From NCBI GenBank assembly GCA_017302575.1, contig JAFLDD010000001.1:777988-841987 (forward strand): a DNA stretch of 64,000 nucleotides. The letters are read 5' to 3'. The DNA is from Alphaproteobacteria bacterium. Lineage in GTDB: Bacteria > Pseudomonadota > Alphaproteobacteria > Rickettsiales > UBA3002. Of this stretch, positions 1 through 9,691 are shown one piece after another. Position 1 is the first letter of the stretch. Each line of letters starts with the position of its first letter. The notes below the pieces were generated by a model. The model did no database searches, was not told where the DNA came from, and was given only the letters and a program-made list of their open reading frames with translations. A program made the position numbers and the translations under genes.

Positions 1-41
1 AAAAGCGCAAGAAGCGCGAATACGATAGGTTTTGTCTTCAT
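1..41 (-). CDS. 5' end of a leftward gene that runs off the window (MKTKPIVFALLAL..., signal-peptide-like)
   Basis: ATG at 41..39 on the minus strand, open to the window edge. Hydrophobic N-terminus. Only 13 codons are visible. Confidence 0.2.
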   Translation of the reverse strand, partial: MKTKPIVFALLAL

Positions 42-201
42 ACTACCGTGTGTTTGCAAGGCTTATGCCAAGTTTTTGTTACATCTACACCACATACGGT
101 CATTCAATAATGCGTTTTACCACCATATCTTGCGTTTATACTCTCGTGCGGGGCTGGTTTTGGTTAGTGTCGTTGCTAACGCGTCACGTTTCTCGGGATA
201 T

Positions 202-1728
202 ATGCTGATTCATCGTTTACTAGGTTCAAGACGTCATCAACTGCTTTGCACCACCATGTGCTGCCTGCTTGTCGCAGCGCCTGATGCAATGGCTGGCTTT
301 GACCCCGATGCTGGCAAAGACGAGACTGCCGCGATCAGCACCCAATATTTACCACGCGGTCGCACGGCACCTGCGCCGATGATGATGGTCAACCGGAATG
401 CGGCGACCACAAGCCGTGCTGGTTTTATTCCTACCGTCGATAAGGTGGCAGCGCCCAAACCGCTTTACCCAACACGCGCCTCTGCGCCAGTTGAGGCTGT
501 ATCCGCTGAACCAGCGCCAAGCATTGCGCCATTACCTTCTAGCGCGACGATGGAACAAGAAATGGAAGTGGCCGCAACGTCGATTGCGCCAGCGCCAAGC
601 CTGCCCCCAGTTTCGGACGAGGTTAAGGCTAAAGCGAATCAGATGATGGACGCGCAGCCACAGGCTGAGAGTGCGCCGCAAGAAATGCAAATGGCTGGCT
701 ATATTGCTCCGCCACCGCCACTGCCTGACATGGCGCCAATGGCAACTGCATTAGCTACGCCAACTGCTCCTGCTGCATCGGCTGCTGCGCCAAGTGAAGG
801 TGCGCCAGTGGATATTATCGATCCCGACATGCGCAGCTCCACGGGCAAGAATATGAACAGCTCGGTTTCCATTGCGCCACCGCCGCCAGTCATTGGTAGC
901 GCCGCACCCGTACCGATGGCTTCGGGGATGCAAAGTGCTAGCTTGTCGAGCGAAACCAAAGAAATTCTTGGCCGTATTCCGAGCCATGTAAATACCGCAC
1001 CTCCTCCTGCTGCGCCAACGCGCACTACGCTTAGCCGTGTTAGCCCTGAAGTCTCAAGCCTTATCCCAACGCTTCAAAAGCAAGTTGAGTACGAGCAAGC
1101 GGGTCTCAAAATCAGCATGCAGCGCGAAGGGTTTGATTCCAATATCGAGCTCAATAGAGCATATGAAGCGCTCATTGGCGGCGACAGTGAAATGGCAGTG
1201 AATATCTACCAGAACATCATCGCGGCAGAGCCACGCAATCAGGATGCGCTTTTTGGTTTAGCGGCAACTTATCACCGCGCAGGTGAGTTGGCGAAGGCGC
1301 GCCCACTATATGGCGCACTGCTTCGCGTGAACCCCAATCACCGTGAAGGCTTGAATAACTTCCTCGTATTAGTAAGTGACGAGGCGCCTGAAGAAGCGTT
1401 GTTCGAGTTGCAGAAGCTTGCGTCACGCAACCCAGAATTCAGCCCTATTTATGCGCAAATGGCTATCTTGCTTGAGAAGCTAGGCCAACACGATATGGCG
1501 CGCGAATCCATGATTAAAGCGATTCGCATGTCACCTGAGAATCTGGTGTATAAATATAACCTCGCTATCATGATGGATAAGCAAGGTCGTTATGCTGATG
1601 CTTCGGCACTTTACGGCTTGTTGGTGGATGCGGCCCTGCGCGGTGAATCTATCCCTGCTCCACTTGAGGATATTCAAAAACGTCTGACCTATATCAACAC
1701 CGCATCAATTGATACGCGCGGAAGTTAA
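202..1728 (+). CDS. Secreted Pro/Ala-rich protein with C-terminal TPR repeats, possibly a pilus-associated TPR factor
   Basis: Track ORF is 76..1728 (TTG start). The ATG at 202 gives a signal-like MLIHRLLGSRRHQLLCTTMCCLLVAAPDAMA. The middle ~230 aa are P/A-rich with recurring IAPPPP / IAPxPS motifs. The C-terminal ~200 aa show TPR-like periodicity (AYEALIGGDSEMAVNIYQNII, ATYHRAGELAKARPLYGALLRVNPNH, YAQMAILLEKLGQHDMARESMIKAI). The gene sits directly upstream of pilT. Confidence 0.55.
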   Translation: MLIHRLLGSRRHQLLCTTMCCLLVAAPDAMAGFDPDAGKDETAAISTQYLPRGRTAPAPMMMVNRNAATTSRAGFIPTVDKVAAPKPLYPTRASAPVEAVSAEPAPSIAPLPSSATMEQEMEVAATSIAPAPSLPPVSDEVKAKANQMMDAQPQAESAPQEMQMAGYIAPPPPLPDMAPMATALATPTAPAASAAAPSEGAPVDIIDPDMRSSTGKNMNSSVSIAPPPPVIGSAAPVPMASGMQSASLSSETKEILGRIPSHVNTAPPPAAPTRTTLSRVSPEVSSLIPTLQKQVEYEQAGLKISMQREGFDSNIELNRAYEALIGGDSEMAVNIYQNIIAAEPRNQDALFGLAATYHRAGELAKARPLYGALLRVNPNHREGLNNFLVLVSDEAPEEALFELQKLASRNPEFSPIYAQMAILLEKLGQHDMARESMIKAIRMSPENLVYKYNLAIMMDKQGRYADASALYGLLVDAALRGESIPAPLEDIQKRLTYINTASIDTRGS

Positions 1729-1762
1729 CGTTTTGTTTACGCAACTGAACTAGAGTCCCAAC

Positions 1763-2872
1763 ATGGAAATCACCGACCTTCTCGTTGCCACCACCAAGAA
1801 TAAGGGCTCTGACCTGCATTTATCGACAGGCAACCCGCCTATTATGCGTATTAATGGCGATATGCTGCCAGTTGAAATGCCGCCGCTTGAAGCGGGACAG
1901 GTGAAGCAACTGCTTTACTCAATCATGACCGAAAACCAGCGTAGCGACTATGAGCGTGAGCTGGAGTTGGACTTCTCTATTTCATTCGGAACGGACATGC
2001 GCTTCCGCGTGAACGCCTTTAATCAGATTAATGGCCCTTCGGCGGTATTTCGTACCATTCCTACCAAGATATTGTCGCTTGATGATTTGAAGGCACCTGA
2101 AGTGCTACGCCGCCTGTGCCACTTGCATAAAGGCATCATTCTCGTCACTGGCCCAACAGGTTCGGGTAAGTCAACGACCCTTGCCGCAATGGTAAATTAC
2201 ATTAACACCAATTTCAGCAAGCACATCCTGACGGTCGAAGACCCCGTCGAGTTCGTGCATCACTCGAAAAAATCGCTCATCAACCAGCGTGAAGTAGGCG
2301 CGACAACCAAATCATTTGCGCGCGCACTGAAGTCTGCCTTGCGTGAAGACCCTGATGTGATTCTGGTGGGCGAGTTGCGCGATTTAGAAACGATTCAGCT
2401 TGCCATGACGGCTGCAGAAACTGGCCACTTGGTGATGGCAACGCTACATACAAGCTCTGCACCTAAAACGATTGACCGTATCATCGACGTGTTCCCTGCT
2501 AACGATAAAGACATGATCCGCGCGATGCTATCTGTATCGCTTGAAGCCATTATTGCGCAGACGCTTCTTAAGCGCGCGGATGGTTCAGGTCGCGTTGCTG
2601 CTCATGAAATTTTGTTGGGTACGCCAGCTATTCGTAACTTGATTCGCGAGGGTAAGATCCCACAGATCAACTCCATGATTCAGATGGGCTCCAAAATCGG
2701 CATGACGACGATGCGTGATACACTGAATCGCCTTTATAATGATGGGGTGATTAGTGAAGAAACGCTGCGTGAAGCAATTGCAAGCGGTAGCGATGAGGAT
2801 GCCGAGAAGAAGGAAGCACCCGCTTCAGGTGGTGCCAAGGCTGCCAATGTACGTCGTGAGAGCGCCTTTTAA
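1763..2872 (+). CDS. pilT: Type IV pilus retraction ATPase PilT
   Basis: Walker A GPTGSGKST, Asp box VGELRD and His box GHLVMATLHT. Carries the PilT-specific AIRNLIREGK motif. Confidence 0.9.
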   Translation: MEITDLLVATTKNKGSDLHLSTGNPPIMRINGDMLPVEMPPLEAGQVKQLLYSIMTENQRSDYERELELDFSISFGTDMRFRVNAFNQINGPSAVFRTIPTKILSLDDLKAPEVLRRLCHLHKGIILVTGPTGSGKSTTLAAMVNYINTNFSKHILTVEDPVEFVHHSKKSLINQREVGATTKSFARALKSALREDPDVILVGELRDLETIQLAMTAAETGHLVMATLHTSSAPKTIDRIIDVFPANDKDMIRAMLSVSLEAIIAQTLLKRADGSGRVAAHEILLGTPAIRNLIREGKIPQINSMIQMGSKIGMTTMRDTLNRLYNDGVISEETLREAIASGSDEDAEKKEAPASGGAKAANVRRESAF

Positions 2873-4020
2873 TGACCAATGCCGAACATATTGATACGTA
2901 TCTAGAGGCGATGGTTGCGCGCCAAGCGTCGGACTTATACCTCACGTTTGACTGTCCACCTTCCCTGCGCGTTACGGATCGCATTGAGAAACGTAGCGAT
3001 ACGCCACTCAATGATGCGGATTTAGATCGCTACATGCGCCAGCTCATTCAGGACAATCAGATTGATGAGTTCGAGAGCACCCTAGAACTGAACACCGCTA
3101 TCTCGTGGAATGCACGCGCACGTTTTCGTATCAATCTGTATAAGCAGCAACAGCATATTGCGATTACCATCCGCCGCATCCAAACCAATATTCCGACTGC
3201 TGAATCCTTGGGCTTGCCCAAGATTTACAGCGATCTCGTAATGCAAAAGCGCGGGTTGATTTTGGTGGTGGGTCCGACGGGCTCAGGTAAAACCACCTCT
3301 CTTGCTTCCATGGTCGGGTATCGTAATCAGCATGGCGATGGGCACATTATTACTGTTGAAGACCCTATCGAGTATGTACACGCACACCAAAACTGTATTG
3401 TCAGCCAACGTGACGTGGGTATTGATACCTACTCATTCTCTCTCGCGTTAAAGAACGCGCTTCGCCAGCGCCCTGACGTGGTGGTTATTGGTGAGATACG
3501 TGATCGCGAGGTAATGGAACAAGCTCTCTATTTTGCTGAGACTGGCCATTTGTGCATCGCGACCCTTCACGCTAGCAACTCGAACCAGACTATTGAGCGC
3601 GCCCTCAACTTTTTCCCTGAGGAAAGCCATCACCAAATCCGCTTGAATCTTTCATTGAACCTTAAAGCGATTCTTTCGCAGCGACTAGTTACGAATACGA
3701 TTGGTAGCCGCAGTCTTGCCGTTGAAGTCATGTTGAATAACGGTCTTATCAAACAACTGATTGAAGAAGGCAAGATTCGCCAGATCAAAGATATGATCGA
3801 AAAAGGTGGCGAAGAAGGCATGGTAACATTTGACCAATCGCTTTATCAGCTTTTCCGTAGTGGCACGATTACTCAGGACGTAGCCATTGCAGAGGCCGAC
3901 AACCCTGCCAACCTGCGCCTGATGATTAAGCAGAACGAATCGCTCACCCGCGTTGGCAGAGAAGCGATATCGGTGCGTCAAGTGGCGCGCCCTGAGCCTC
4001 CAAAGAAAAGTGAATTCTAA
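2872..4020 (+). CDS. pilU: PilT-family ATPase, PilU-like paralog
   Basis: Walker A GPTGSGKTT, IGEIRD and GHLCIATLHA. The AIRNLIRE motif is degenerate (GLIKQLIEEGK), as in PilU. The start overlaps the pilT stop (TAATG). Confidence 0.8.
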   Translation: MTNAEHIDTYLEAMVARQASDLYLTFDCPPSLRVTDRIEKRSDTPLNDADLDRYMRQLIQDNQIDEFESTLELNTAISWNARARFRINLYKQQQHIAITIRRIQTNIPTAESLGLPKIYSDLVMQKRGLILVVGPTGSGKTTSLASMVGYRNQHGDGHIITVEDPIEYVHAHQNCIVSQRDVGIDTYSFSLALKNALRQRPDVVVIGEIRDREVMEQALYFAETGHLCIATLHASNSNQTIERALNFFPEESHHQIRLNLSLNLKAILSQRLVTNTIGSRSLAVEVMLNNGLIKQLIEEGKIRQIKDMIEKGGEEGMVTFDQSLYQLFRSGTITQDVAIAEADNPANLRLMIKQNESLTRVGREAISVRQVARPEPPKKSEF

Positions 4021-4742
4021 GCCGCTTTTGGCACATCAATCGCCTTGAGGAATGCACGCTCGAGTGATTGTTCCTGATAGGTTGGCTTGAAGTCCTTCGC
4101 CGTGCCGATATAGCGTAGAGCGGTATCGTGAATGATGCCAATACGATCACAAATCTCGTCAATGTCCGCCAGAATATGCGAGCTAAAGAATATCGTTTTG
4201 CCGCGCTTCTTCTGCTCCAGCATCACGTCCTTCAATTTGATGCGTGATCTTGGGTCGAGACCACTCATTGGTTCGTCGAGGATAAGGAATGGCTGGTCCA
4301 CCATAAACGCGCCAACGAGACCCAACTTCTGCCCCATCCCTTTGGAGTAGGAGCCCACCTTGCGGTCCAGTACATCTGGGTTGAGATCTAATGCTTCCGC
4401 CATGTGGCGGGCGGCGGCGATATCCAATGTTTTACCATAATATGATAGTGAAAGCGCCAAATACTCGCGCCCCAATAAGTACCGCGAAGGCGTGAACTTT
4501 TCGGGTAAATAGGAGATATTACGTCGCGCTTCTACGGACGTACTAGGCTTACCTAAAATGCTGGCCTGCCCGCTATCCGCATTACTTAGATCAAGAATGA
4601 TTTTAATTAAGGTTGTCTTACCAATACCGTTAAGGCCTATCAGCCCGAAGATTTCACCTTCACGTAGTGAAAATGAAACATCCTTCAGGACCTGATGTTT
4701 GCCATAAGATTTGGAGATTGCTGATATTTCAAGTGGTGACAT
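4017..4742 (-). CDS. ABC transporter ATP-binding protein (ABC-2/NatA-like) with no adjacent permease
   Basis: Walker A GLNGIGKTT, signature YSKGMGQKL, Walker B FLILDEP and H-loop SSHIL. It lies 19 nt downstream of the preceding pil-operon gene. Confidence 0.85.
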   Translation of the reverse strand: MSPLEISAISKSYGKHQVLKDVSFSLREGEIFGLIGLNGIGKTTLIKIILDLSNADSGQASILGKPSTSVEARRNISYLPEKFTPSRYLLGREYLALSLSYYGKTLDIAAARHMAEALDLNPDVLDRKVGSYSKGMGQKLGLVGAFMVDQPFLILDEPMSGLDPRSRIKLKDVMLEQKKRGKTIFFSSHILADIDEICDRIGIIHDTALRYIGTAKDFKPTYQEQSLERAFLKAIDVPKAA

Positions 4743-4761
4743 AGGGCTACTTCATTCTGGT

Positions 4762-6009
4762 CTAAGGTGCAGGCGCTGGTGTTGGCGCATCGAGCGTAAT
4801 GGTAGTAGGCATCAACTGCGCTGGTGGCAAACTCATTGAGGCGCCGGGCGTTGATGCAGTTGGGGCTGGAGCAGATGATGCTGAAGCTCCAGAAGAGGGA
4901 GCTGGTGTGGAAGGAGTAGTAGGAGTATTAGCGGCATTCGGATTATTACGCGGCGCTAGCTGCGTTAAGTTGCTGCGCATTCTATCCAAGTCCTGAACCG
5001 TTGCTCTTAGCGCAGCATCAGGATCACGGTTCGCATTGGGATTGGGTGCTACAGGCGCAGCGGGAGCCAAGAGCGCATCGACCTGCGCTTGCTGTTCCAT
5101 TTCCGGTACATCTCGGCTTGCATATTTGCCTTCATAAATACCAAAAGCTGCGCCAACGAAACTCTGGTTAGGGGCAAGTGTAAATACAAATGCCTCACGA
5201 TTCTCGTCGTAGCGCACCTTACTCATCGCGGATTTAAAGTGTTTCGGTATCGTTTTATCAATCAGCGATTGCTCAAAGCGCAGTTTAGCTTGCTCGATAT
5301 ATTCTGGTTTCCAGCTAAACACGGCAGCACGCGGAGAAATAGAGAGTAAGGTCGCCTCGCCTGGCCGTTTCTTAGGTGAATATTTTGCGTTATTCATCCA
5401 CAGCAACCAGTCTTTGGGTGAGCGATATACAATGCTAGATAAGTAAAAACTTGGATATTGCTTCGGCTCTTCTACAGCAGCGATTGGCAATATAGGCACT
5501 TCTGGTGTTTGGGTGCTGGCTGTTGGCTTATCGATACGCTTCACGCTCTCGTAGGCATATAAAACCTTCTTCATGCGATCAATATCGGTGCTATTAAACA
5601 TAAGACTTTGCGTAAAATTACCATACGATGGAATATAATTTTCTTTGATTTGCGGTGCTGTAGGCTGAGCCGCCGCTTCGGTTTCAGGCGTACTCGGCAC
5701 TGTAACGACATTAGCAACGCCTGAAGGGAACACTTCTTGAACTTGATTTGCTGTCCCTACGTTTGCGGTAGTAGGTTGCGCAACAACAGGCTCAGGAGTT
5801 TGCGTCCTTACAACGGTTGGAGTGGTCGTTTCAGCTTTAGGTGTTTCTTGAACCACTATCGGCGCTGGCAATGTGATACCTGTATCGACAGCAGCGCCAT
5901 CGCCCATTTCAGGAGGTAACGCGGGAAGGTCAGAATTTGTCTGTGCAAAGGCAGGAATTGAAGCGCAGGTTAACACAGCAAACATAAGACTATGAGAAAA
6001 CACCTTCAT
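4762..6009 (-). CDS. Secreted T/P/A-rich protein of unknown function in the pilP/pilQ (or gspC) slot of the pilus operon
   Basis: Track ORF is 4762..6090. The internal ATG at 6009 gives the signal peptide MKVFSHSLMFAVLTCASIPAFA and lies 1 nt after the upstream gene's stop (6011). Layout is low-complexity linker, ~200-aa core, then a P/A/N/S tail. Confidence 0.5.
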   Translation of the reverse strand: MKVFSHSLMFAVLTCASIPAFAQTNSDLPALPPEMGDGAAVDTGITLPAPIVVQETPKAETTTPTVVRTQTPEPVVAQPTTANVGTANQVQEVFPSGVANVVTVPSTPETEAAAQPTAPQIKENYIPSYGNFTQSLMFNSTDIDRMKKVLYAYESVKRIDKPTASTQTPEVPILPIAAVEEPKQYPSFYLSSIVYRSPKDWLLWMNNAKYSPKKRPGEATLLSISPRAAVFSWKPEYIEQAKLRFEQSLIDKTIPKHFKSAMSKVRYDENREAFVFTLAPNQSFVGAAFGIYEGKYASRDVPEMEQQAQVDALLAPAAPVAPNPNANRDPDAALRATVQDLDRMRSNLTQLAPRNNPNAANTPTTPSTPAPSSGASASSAPAPTASTPGASMSLPPAQLMPTTITLDAPTPAPAP

Positions 6010-6010
6010 A

Positions 6011-6715
6011 CTACATACCCCCCGCAGTTGGTGGTGCAGCATTAGGTGCATTGGCATCTTGACCCTGCCCAGTCTTTGGCGGATTCGCATCTTGCAGTGT
6101 TAGCCACGTAAATTTTACTACTCCATCAACAACGTCTGGTTTGCCACCTGTGCTCATTTGTCCCAACACATCCATCGAGAGTTGTGATTTACGCAGCACG
6201 CTCATTTGCTTGATGCGAATGAGCCCTGGCATACGGCGCTGCATATCTTGAATGAATGAAAAGAAATGCAGGTCAGAAAGTGTACCAGTGCTAATTTCCA
6301 TTTCATCACGTACGAGAATTTTATAATTCAAGCCTGTAAACTCTGGACGCTCCGAGATTTTCTCTTGCGAGATGGTAAGGCGCATCGCATCCGATAAACG
6401 GTACTGTTCCTTCATCACTTTCAAGGTTTCCTTGAGCCTATCGGTAGTGGTAACGAACTCTTCATTATCGCGATTAATACTAAGCTCGGCGAAGCGCTGT
6501 TCTGCGCTATTCGTTTTAGTGATCTGGCTGCGCATCATTCCAAGCTGTGATTCTGAAGCTGAAAGCTGACCTTGTGCCTGCATTTTTTCAGTGCTGGCGG
6601 TTTCTGAGAAGCTGCCAGTAACCATCATCGCTATGAATGCAATGACCACATAGCCCGCCCTTAACCCAGCCTCACGGATGACCTGCTTTTTGAGAACTTG
6701 TAATTTACTACTCAT
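6011..6715 (-). CDS. Bitopic PilO/GspM-like pilus alignment protein (architecture-based call)
   Basis: Short N-terminus, one TM segment (GYVVIAFIAMMVTGSF), a coiled-coil-like stretch and a ~100-aa periplasmic domain, then a P/N/A-rich tail. The start overlaps the upstream gene's stop (6715). Confidence 0.45.
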   Translation of the reverse strand: MSSKLQVLKKQVIREAGLRAGYVVIAFIAMMVTGSFSETASTEKMQAQGQLSASESQLGMMRSQITKTNSAEQRFAELSINRDNEEFVTTTDRLKETLKVMKEQYRLSDAMRLTISQEKISERPEFTGLNYKILVRDEMEISTGTLSDLHFFSFIQDMQRRMPGLIRIKQMSVLRKSQLSMDVLGQMSTGGKPDVVDGVVKFTWLTLQDANPPKTGQGQDANAPNAAPPTAGGM

Positions 6716-8424
6716 TACATAGCCCCCATCATTGGCGCGGTGGCGGGATTGGCTGCCGTATTCGCGTTAGGACCAGAGAATATCAACCTGACTTTGTTCG
6801 TCCCGTCTTGCAACACCGGGGATGACTTTGCATCAAACGAAACTTCTACTTTGTCTGTCGAAGATTGTGTCGCGCCACCTTCTTGCTTGATCTCATATTC
6901 TGGCAATTGGAGCTTCAGATTATCAACGTACTCTTTGACCGCCCTGATCAGTTGGTCTTTATCAGAAAATGGCGCGGTAAACTCCATATCCACGGTAATG
7001 ACCAAGGGAGGATTATTGACGCCAGAAGCCATGATAGCCGTGCTATCAATGCCACCTGGTAATTCCTTACGCTCCCAGTTAAAACTGGTAACCGTAACGT
7101 CTTTCAAGAGCGGCACGAGTTTCTGGATAAATTCCAACGGGTCATATTGATAGACTTTGAAGACATCAGCAGCAGCAACGACCGCCGACTTGACGCTGGT
7201 TCCGTCATCGACCTTCGTTAAGCCTTCTTGCACTTCAGCAATCTGCGCTTGAAGTTGCGTCTGCTTCTTTCCTATTTCGCTCGATTCGCTGCTATCCATG
7301 AAATAGGTCACGATATTATCAACCGACGAAAGCGCCATAAGTGCAACCAAAAGCGAGCCTGCAATTTTCGCTGCCAATCGTATCTGATAGAATTGCTCAA
7401 TCTGCTTGCCGTATTTTGACATCAGCTTCATGACAGGCTTTGAAACCGTGGCAAAATGTGTTGCCATCACTACATCGCCGTAACGATCTGCGGAAAGTGC
7501 CGCTTGCTCCAAGCCTAGAAACTCTGCCACTTCTAGTGGCGCAACCGCATAAGCGCCTGCCGCATTAAAACGCTTAAGGTCGAGTGAGTCTTTTACTTCC
7601 TGCGCCGCAACGGTAACGATCTCCAACGTCGCCGGGTCGGTGTAACCAAGGCGACGCAAATACTCCATGGTATTGAGAATCTCTTGCTCGATATTGCCAG
7701 CCACAACTGCGGGAATCGCATCATCCATCGACTGCGCCAGACGCGTGAATGACAGCTTACCCTCTTTGAGTACCACCTGACGGAAACCGCCGACCTTATT
7801 GTGAGTAACGAGCAATTTCCATGTTGCGCGCGTCCCTTCGTATGAACGCTGCGGGATCGCTGAGGCAATCGCGTTGTAGTAGTTCTGCGTCTCCACTGGC
7901 ACGAGGTAGATGCCCAATAATTGGTTGGGCTGCTCGATGATTAATTCCATCCATGCTTGGATCTGCGCAGTATTCGCTAGCGAGATAAGCAGATAGTTCC
8001 ACTCTTTGCGCCCCGTTCGATCACGGCCAATCTGCAGTGCTCCCTTGATATCTTCTGGCGGGAAATCGCGATTCAAGCGGCGCTGCACAAGTTTTGAGAT
8101 GCTGAGCGCACTCACAGGTGGTAAGGCGTGGCGCACATATTGCTGATCAATAGAATCGACTAATAGGCGAACAGGCACTTTGGGGTGCGCCGCCATTAAA
8201 TCCACAATTGCTTTGCTATGCTCAGGCTGCGGCGATGGCGCAAACAACCTGCGCTGTACCCGCCTGCCCTTGGTATATACCAGAATCGCGCCCTCATCCC
8301 CAATCAGCAAGACAAAGCGCTCTTGCTTTGCGTTCACGCGACCAACCCGAGCTTTAGGTACAGCTACGCTATCCCCTTCTGCTCCACCACGTGCACGTAC
8401 TTTAATTTTGTCTGCTAATGCCAT
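6715..8424 (-). CDS. PilM-PilN fusion-like (GspL/MshI-like) pilus assembly protein (architecture-based call)
   Basis: ~350-aa cytoplasmic domain, a single TM segment (AAKIAGSLLVALMALSSV), a coiled coil (KKQTQLQAQIAEVQEGL) and a ~150-aa periplasmic domain. The start overlaps the pilC stop at 8424. Confidence 0.5.
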   Translation of the reverse strand: MALADKIKVRARGGAEGDSVAVPKARVGRVNAKQERFVLLIGDEGAILVYTKGRRVQRRLFAPSPQPEHSKAIVDLMAAHPKVPVRLLVDSIDQQYVRHALPPVSALSISKLVQRRLNRDFPPEDIKGALQIGRDRTGRKEWNYLLISLANTAQIQAWMELIIEQPNQLLGIYLVPVETQNYYNAIASAIPQRSYEGTRATWKLLVTHNKVGGFRQVVLKEGKLSFTRLAQSMDDAIPAVVAGNIEQEILNTMEYLRRLGYTDPATLEIVTVAAQEVKDSLDLKRFNAAGAYAVAPLEVAEFLGLEQAALSADRYGDVVMATHFATVSKPVMKLMSKYGKQIEQFYQIRLAAKIAGSLLVALMALSSVDNIVTYFMDSSESSEIGKKQTQLQAQIAEVQEGLTKVDDGTSVKSAVVAAADVFKVYQYDPLEFIQKLVPLLKDVTVTSFNWERKELPGGIDSTAIMASGVNNPPLVITVDMEFTAPFSDKDQLIRAVKEYVDNLKLQLPEYEIKQEGGATQSSTDKVEVSFDAKSSPVLQDGTNKVRLIFSGPNANTAANPATAPMMGAM

Positions 8425-9626
8425 TAGAATTTCATGTTCTGGAAGGATTGATAGAGCGGGCCGAATACCGAAGCAATGACCCAGAATATTAGACCGCCCA
8501 TGACGATAGTGAGTAGTGGCTGAATCATTCCCACCAGCCCGTCAACCGAATCGTTCACTTCGCGGTTATAGAAGAAGTTAATATTTTCCAATGCGTCACT
8601 CATGTTACCACTATCTTCACCCACTTTGAACATGCGGATGACAAGCATGGGGAACTGGTTTGAAATACGCAAACTGGCCGTCAAATTGTTACCCTCAATG
8701 ACGCTGCGATGCACAACCTCAACCGACTCTTTAATGACGCGATTCGCCACAACGTTACGCGCCGCAATTAGCGCATCAGGTATATCGATGCCGCTTTTAA
8801 ACATCACTGAGAAGAAGTGCGTAAAACGCGCTAAGTTAATCTTACGGATTACATTACCCAAAATAGGTATGCGCATTAACAGTGAATCCACGCGATAGGC
8901 GAATGATTCAGAGGTTCGGTAGACACCCAACAGCGTCATGAAGATCATAACGGGCACGATGAATACGAAGAACCAATAATTCTGAAAGAATTCGGATGTC
9001 CAAATCAGTGCGCGGGTGTGGAACGGAATCTCGAAGCCTTGGTCGACGATAAACTTGATGAGCTTAGGCACCACATAAACCATCAAAATCGCAATCACTG
9101 CCGACATAACCACCAGCAACACAATTGGATAGGTCACCGCTTTTTTTACCTTGCGGCGCAGATCGTTCGTCCATTTCATGTGGTCAGACATGTGAACGAA
9201 GGAGTCGGTCAAGTTACCGTTTTTCTCACCCGCCTGCACCAGACCCACAAATACTTCGTTAAAAATGCGCGGATAGGTGGCGAGCGACTCCGAAAGCTTC
9301 ATACCGCCTTTCACTTTTTCAAGAATGTCGGTCATCACGTCGCGCAACTTGGCCGATTCAGTGGAATCACGCACGTCGGCCAGCGATTCGTGAATCGGCA
9401 CGCCCGCACGGGTGAGCTGCTCCAAGTGCAAGCAGAGGATGATCATATCTTTGAGTTTAATTTTAGAGCGGAATCCTGCGCGTTTTGTCTTGGCAACCTT
9501 ACAATCGACCATAGAAAGATCGACTTCCTTGAGGCGTGTTTCAAGGTCGACTTCGTTCTCCGCGACCATCGTACCTCGGATGGTGCGGCCCTTTTCATTG
9601 ATGGCCGAATAGTTATACGTAGGCAT
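8424..9626 (-). CDS. pilC: Type IV pilus / T2SS platform protein PilC (GspF family)
   Basis: 400 aa with a duplicated GspF-type domain and three TM regions, positioned just after pilB. The N-terminus MPTYNYSAINEKGRTIRGTMVAENE is typical of the family. Confidence 0.9.
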   Translation of the reverse strand: MPTYNYSAINEKGRTIRGTMVAENEVDLETRLKEVDLSMVDCKVAKTKRAGFRSKIKLKDMIILCLHLEQLTRAGVPIHESLADVRDSTESAKLRDVMTDILEKVKGGMKLSESLATYPRIFNEVFVGLVQAGEKNGNLTDSFVHMSDHMKWTNDLRRKVKKAVTYPIVLLVVMSAVIAILMVYVVPKLIKFIVDQGFEIPFHTRALIWTSEFFQNYWFFVFIVPVMIFMTLLGVYRTSESFAYRVDSLLMRIPILGNVIRKINLARFTHFFSVMFKSGIDIPDALIAARNVVANRVIKESVEVVHRSVIEGNNLTASLRISNQFPMLVIRMFKVGEDSGNMSDALENINFFYNREVNDSVDGLVGMIQPLLTIVMGGLIFWVIASVFGPLYQSFQNMKF

Positions 9627-9691
9627 AAGACTCCAAATGATTGGGGCGTTTTGTTGTTGTTACCCCGTGCCTACCGAGCGGATGCAGTCTA

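Noticed and set aside
76-201. Alternative-start N-terminal extensions in the ORF track. Besides this one, they occur at 11789, 12277, 14076, 26103, 28897, 29450, 31081, 32854, 35244, 39445, 42420, 46251, 56324 and 60531.
   Set aside because: Internal ATGs give signal peptides, family-typical N-termini or exact overlap coupling with the upstream stop. I trimmed the extensions in the feature table.
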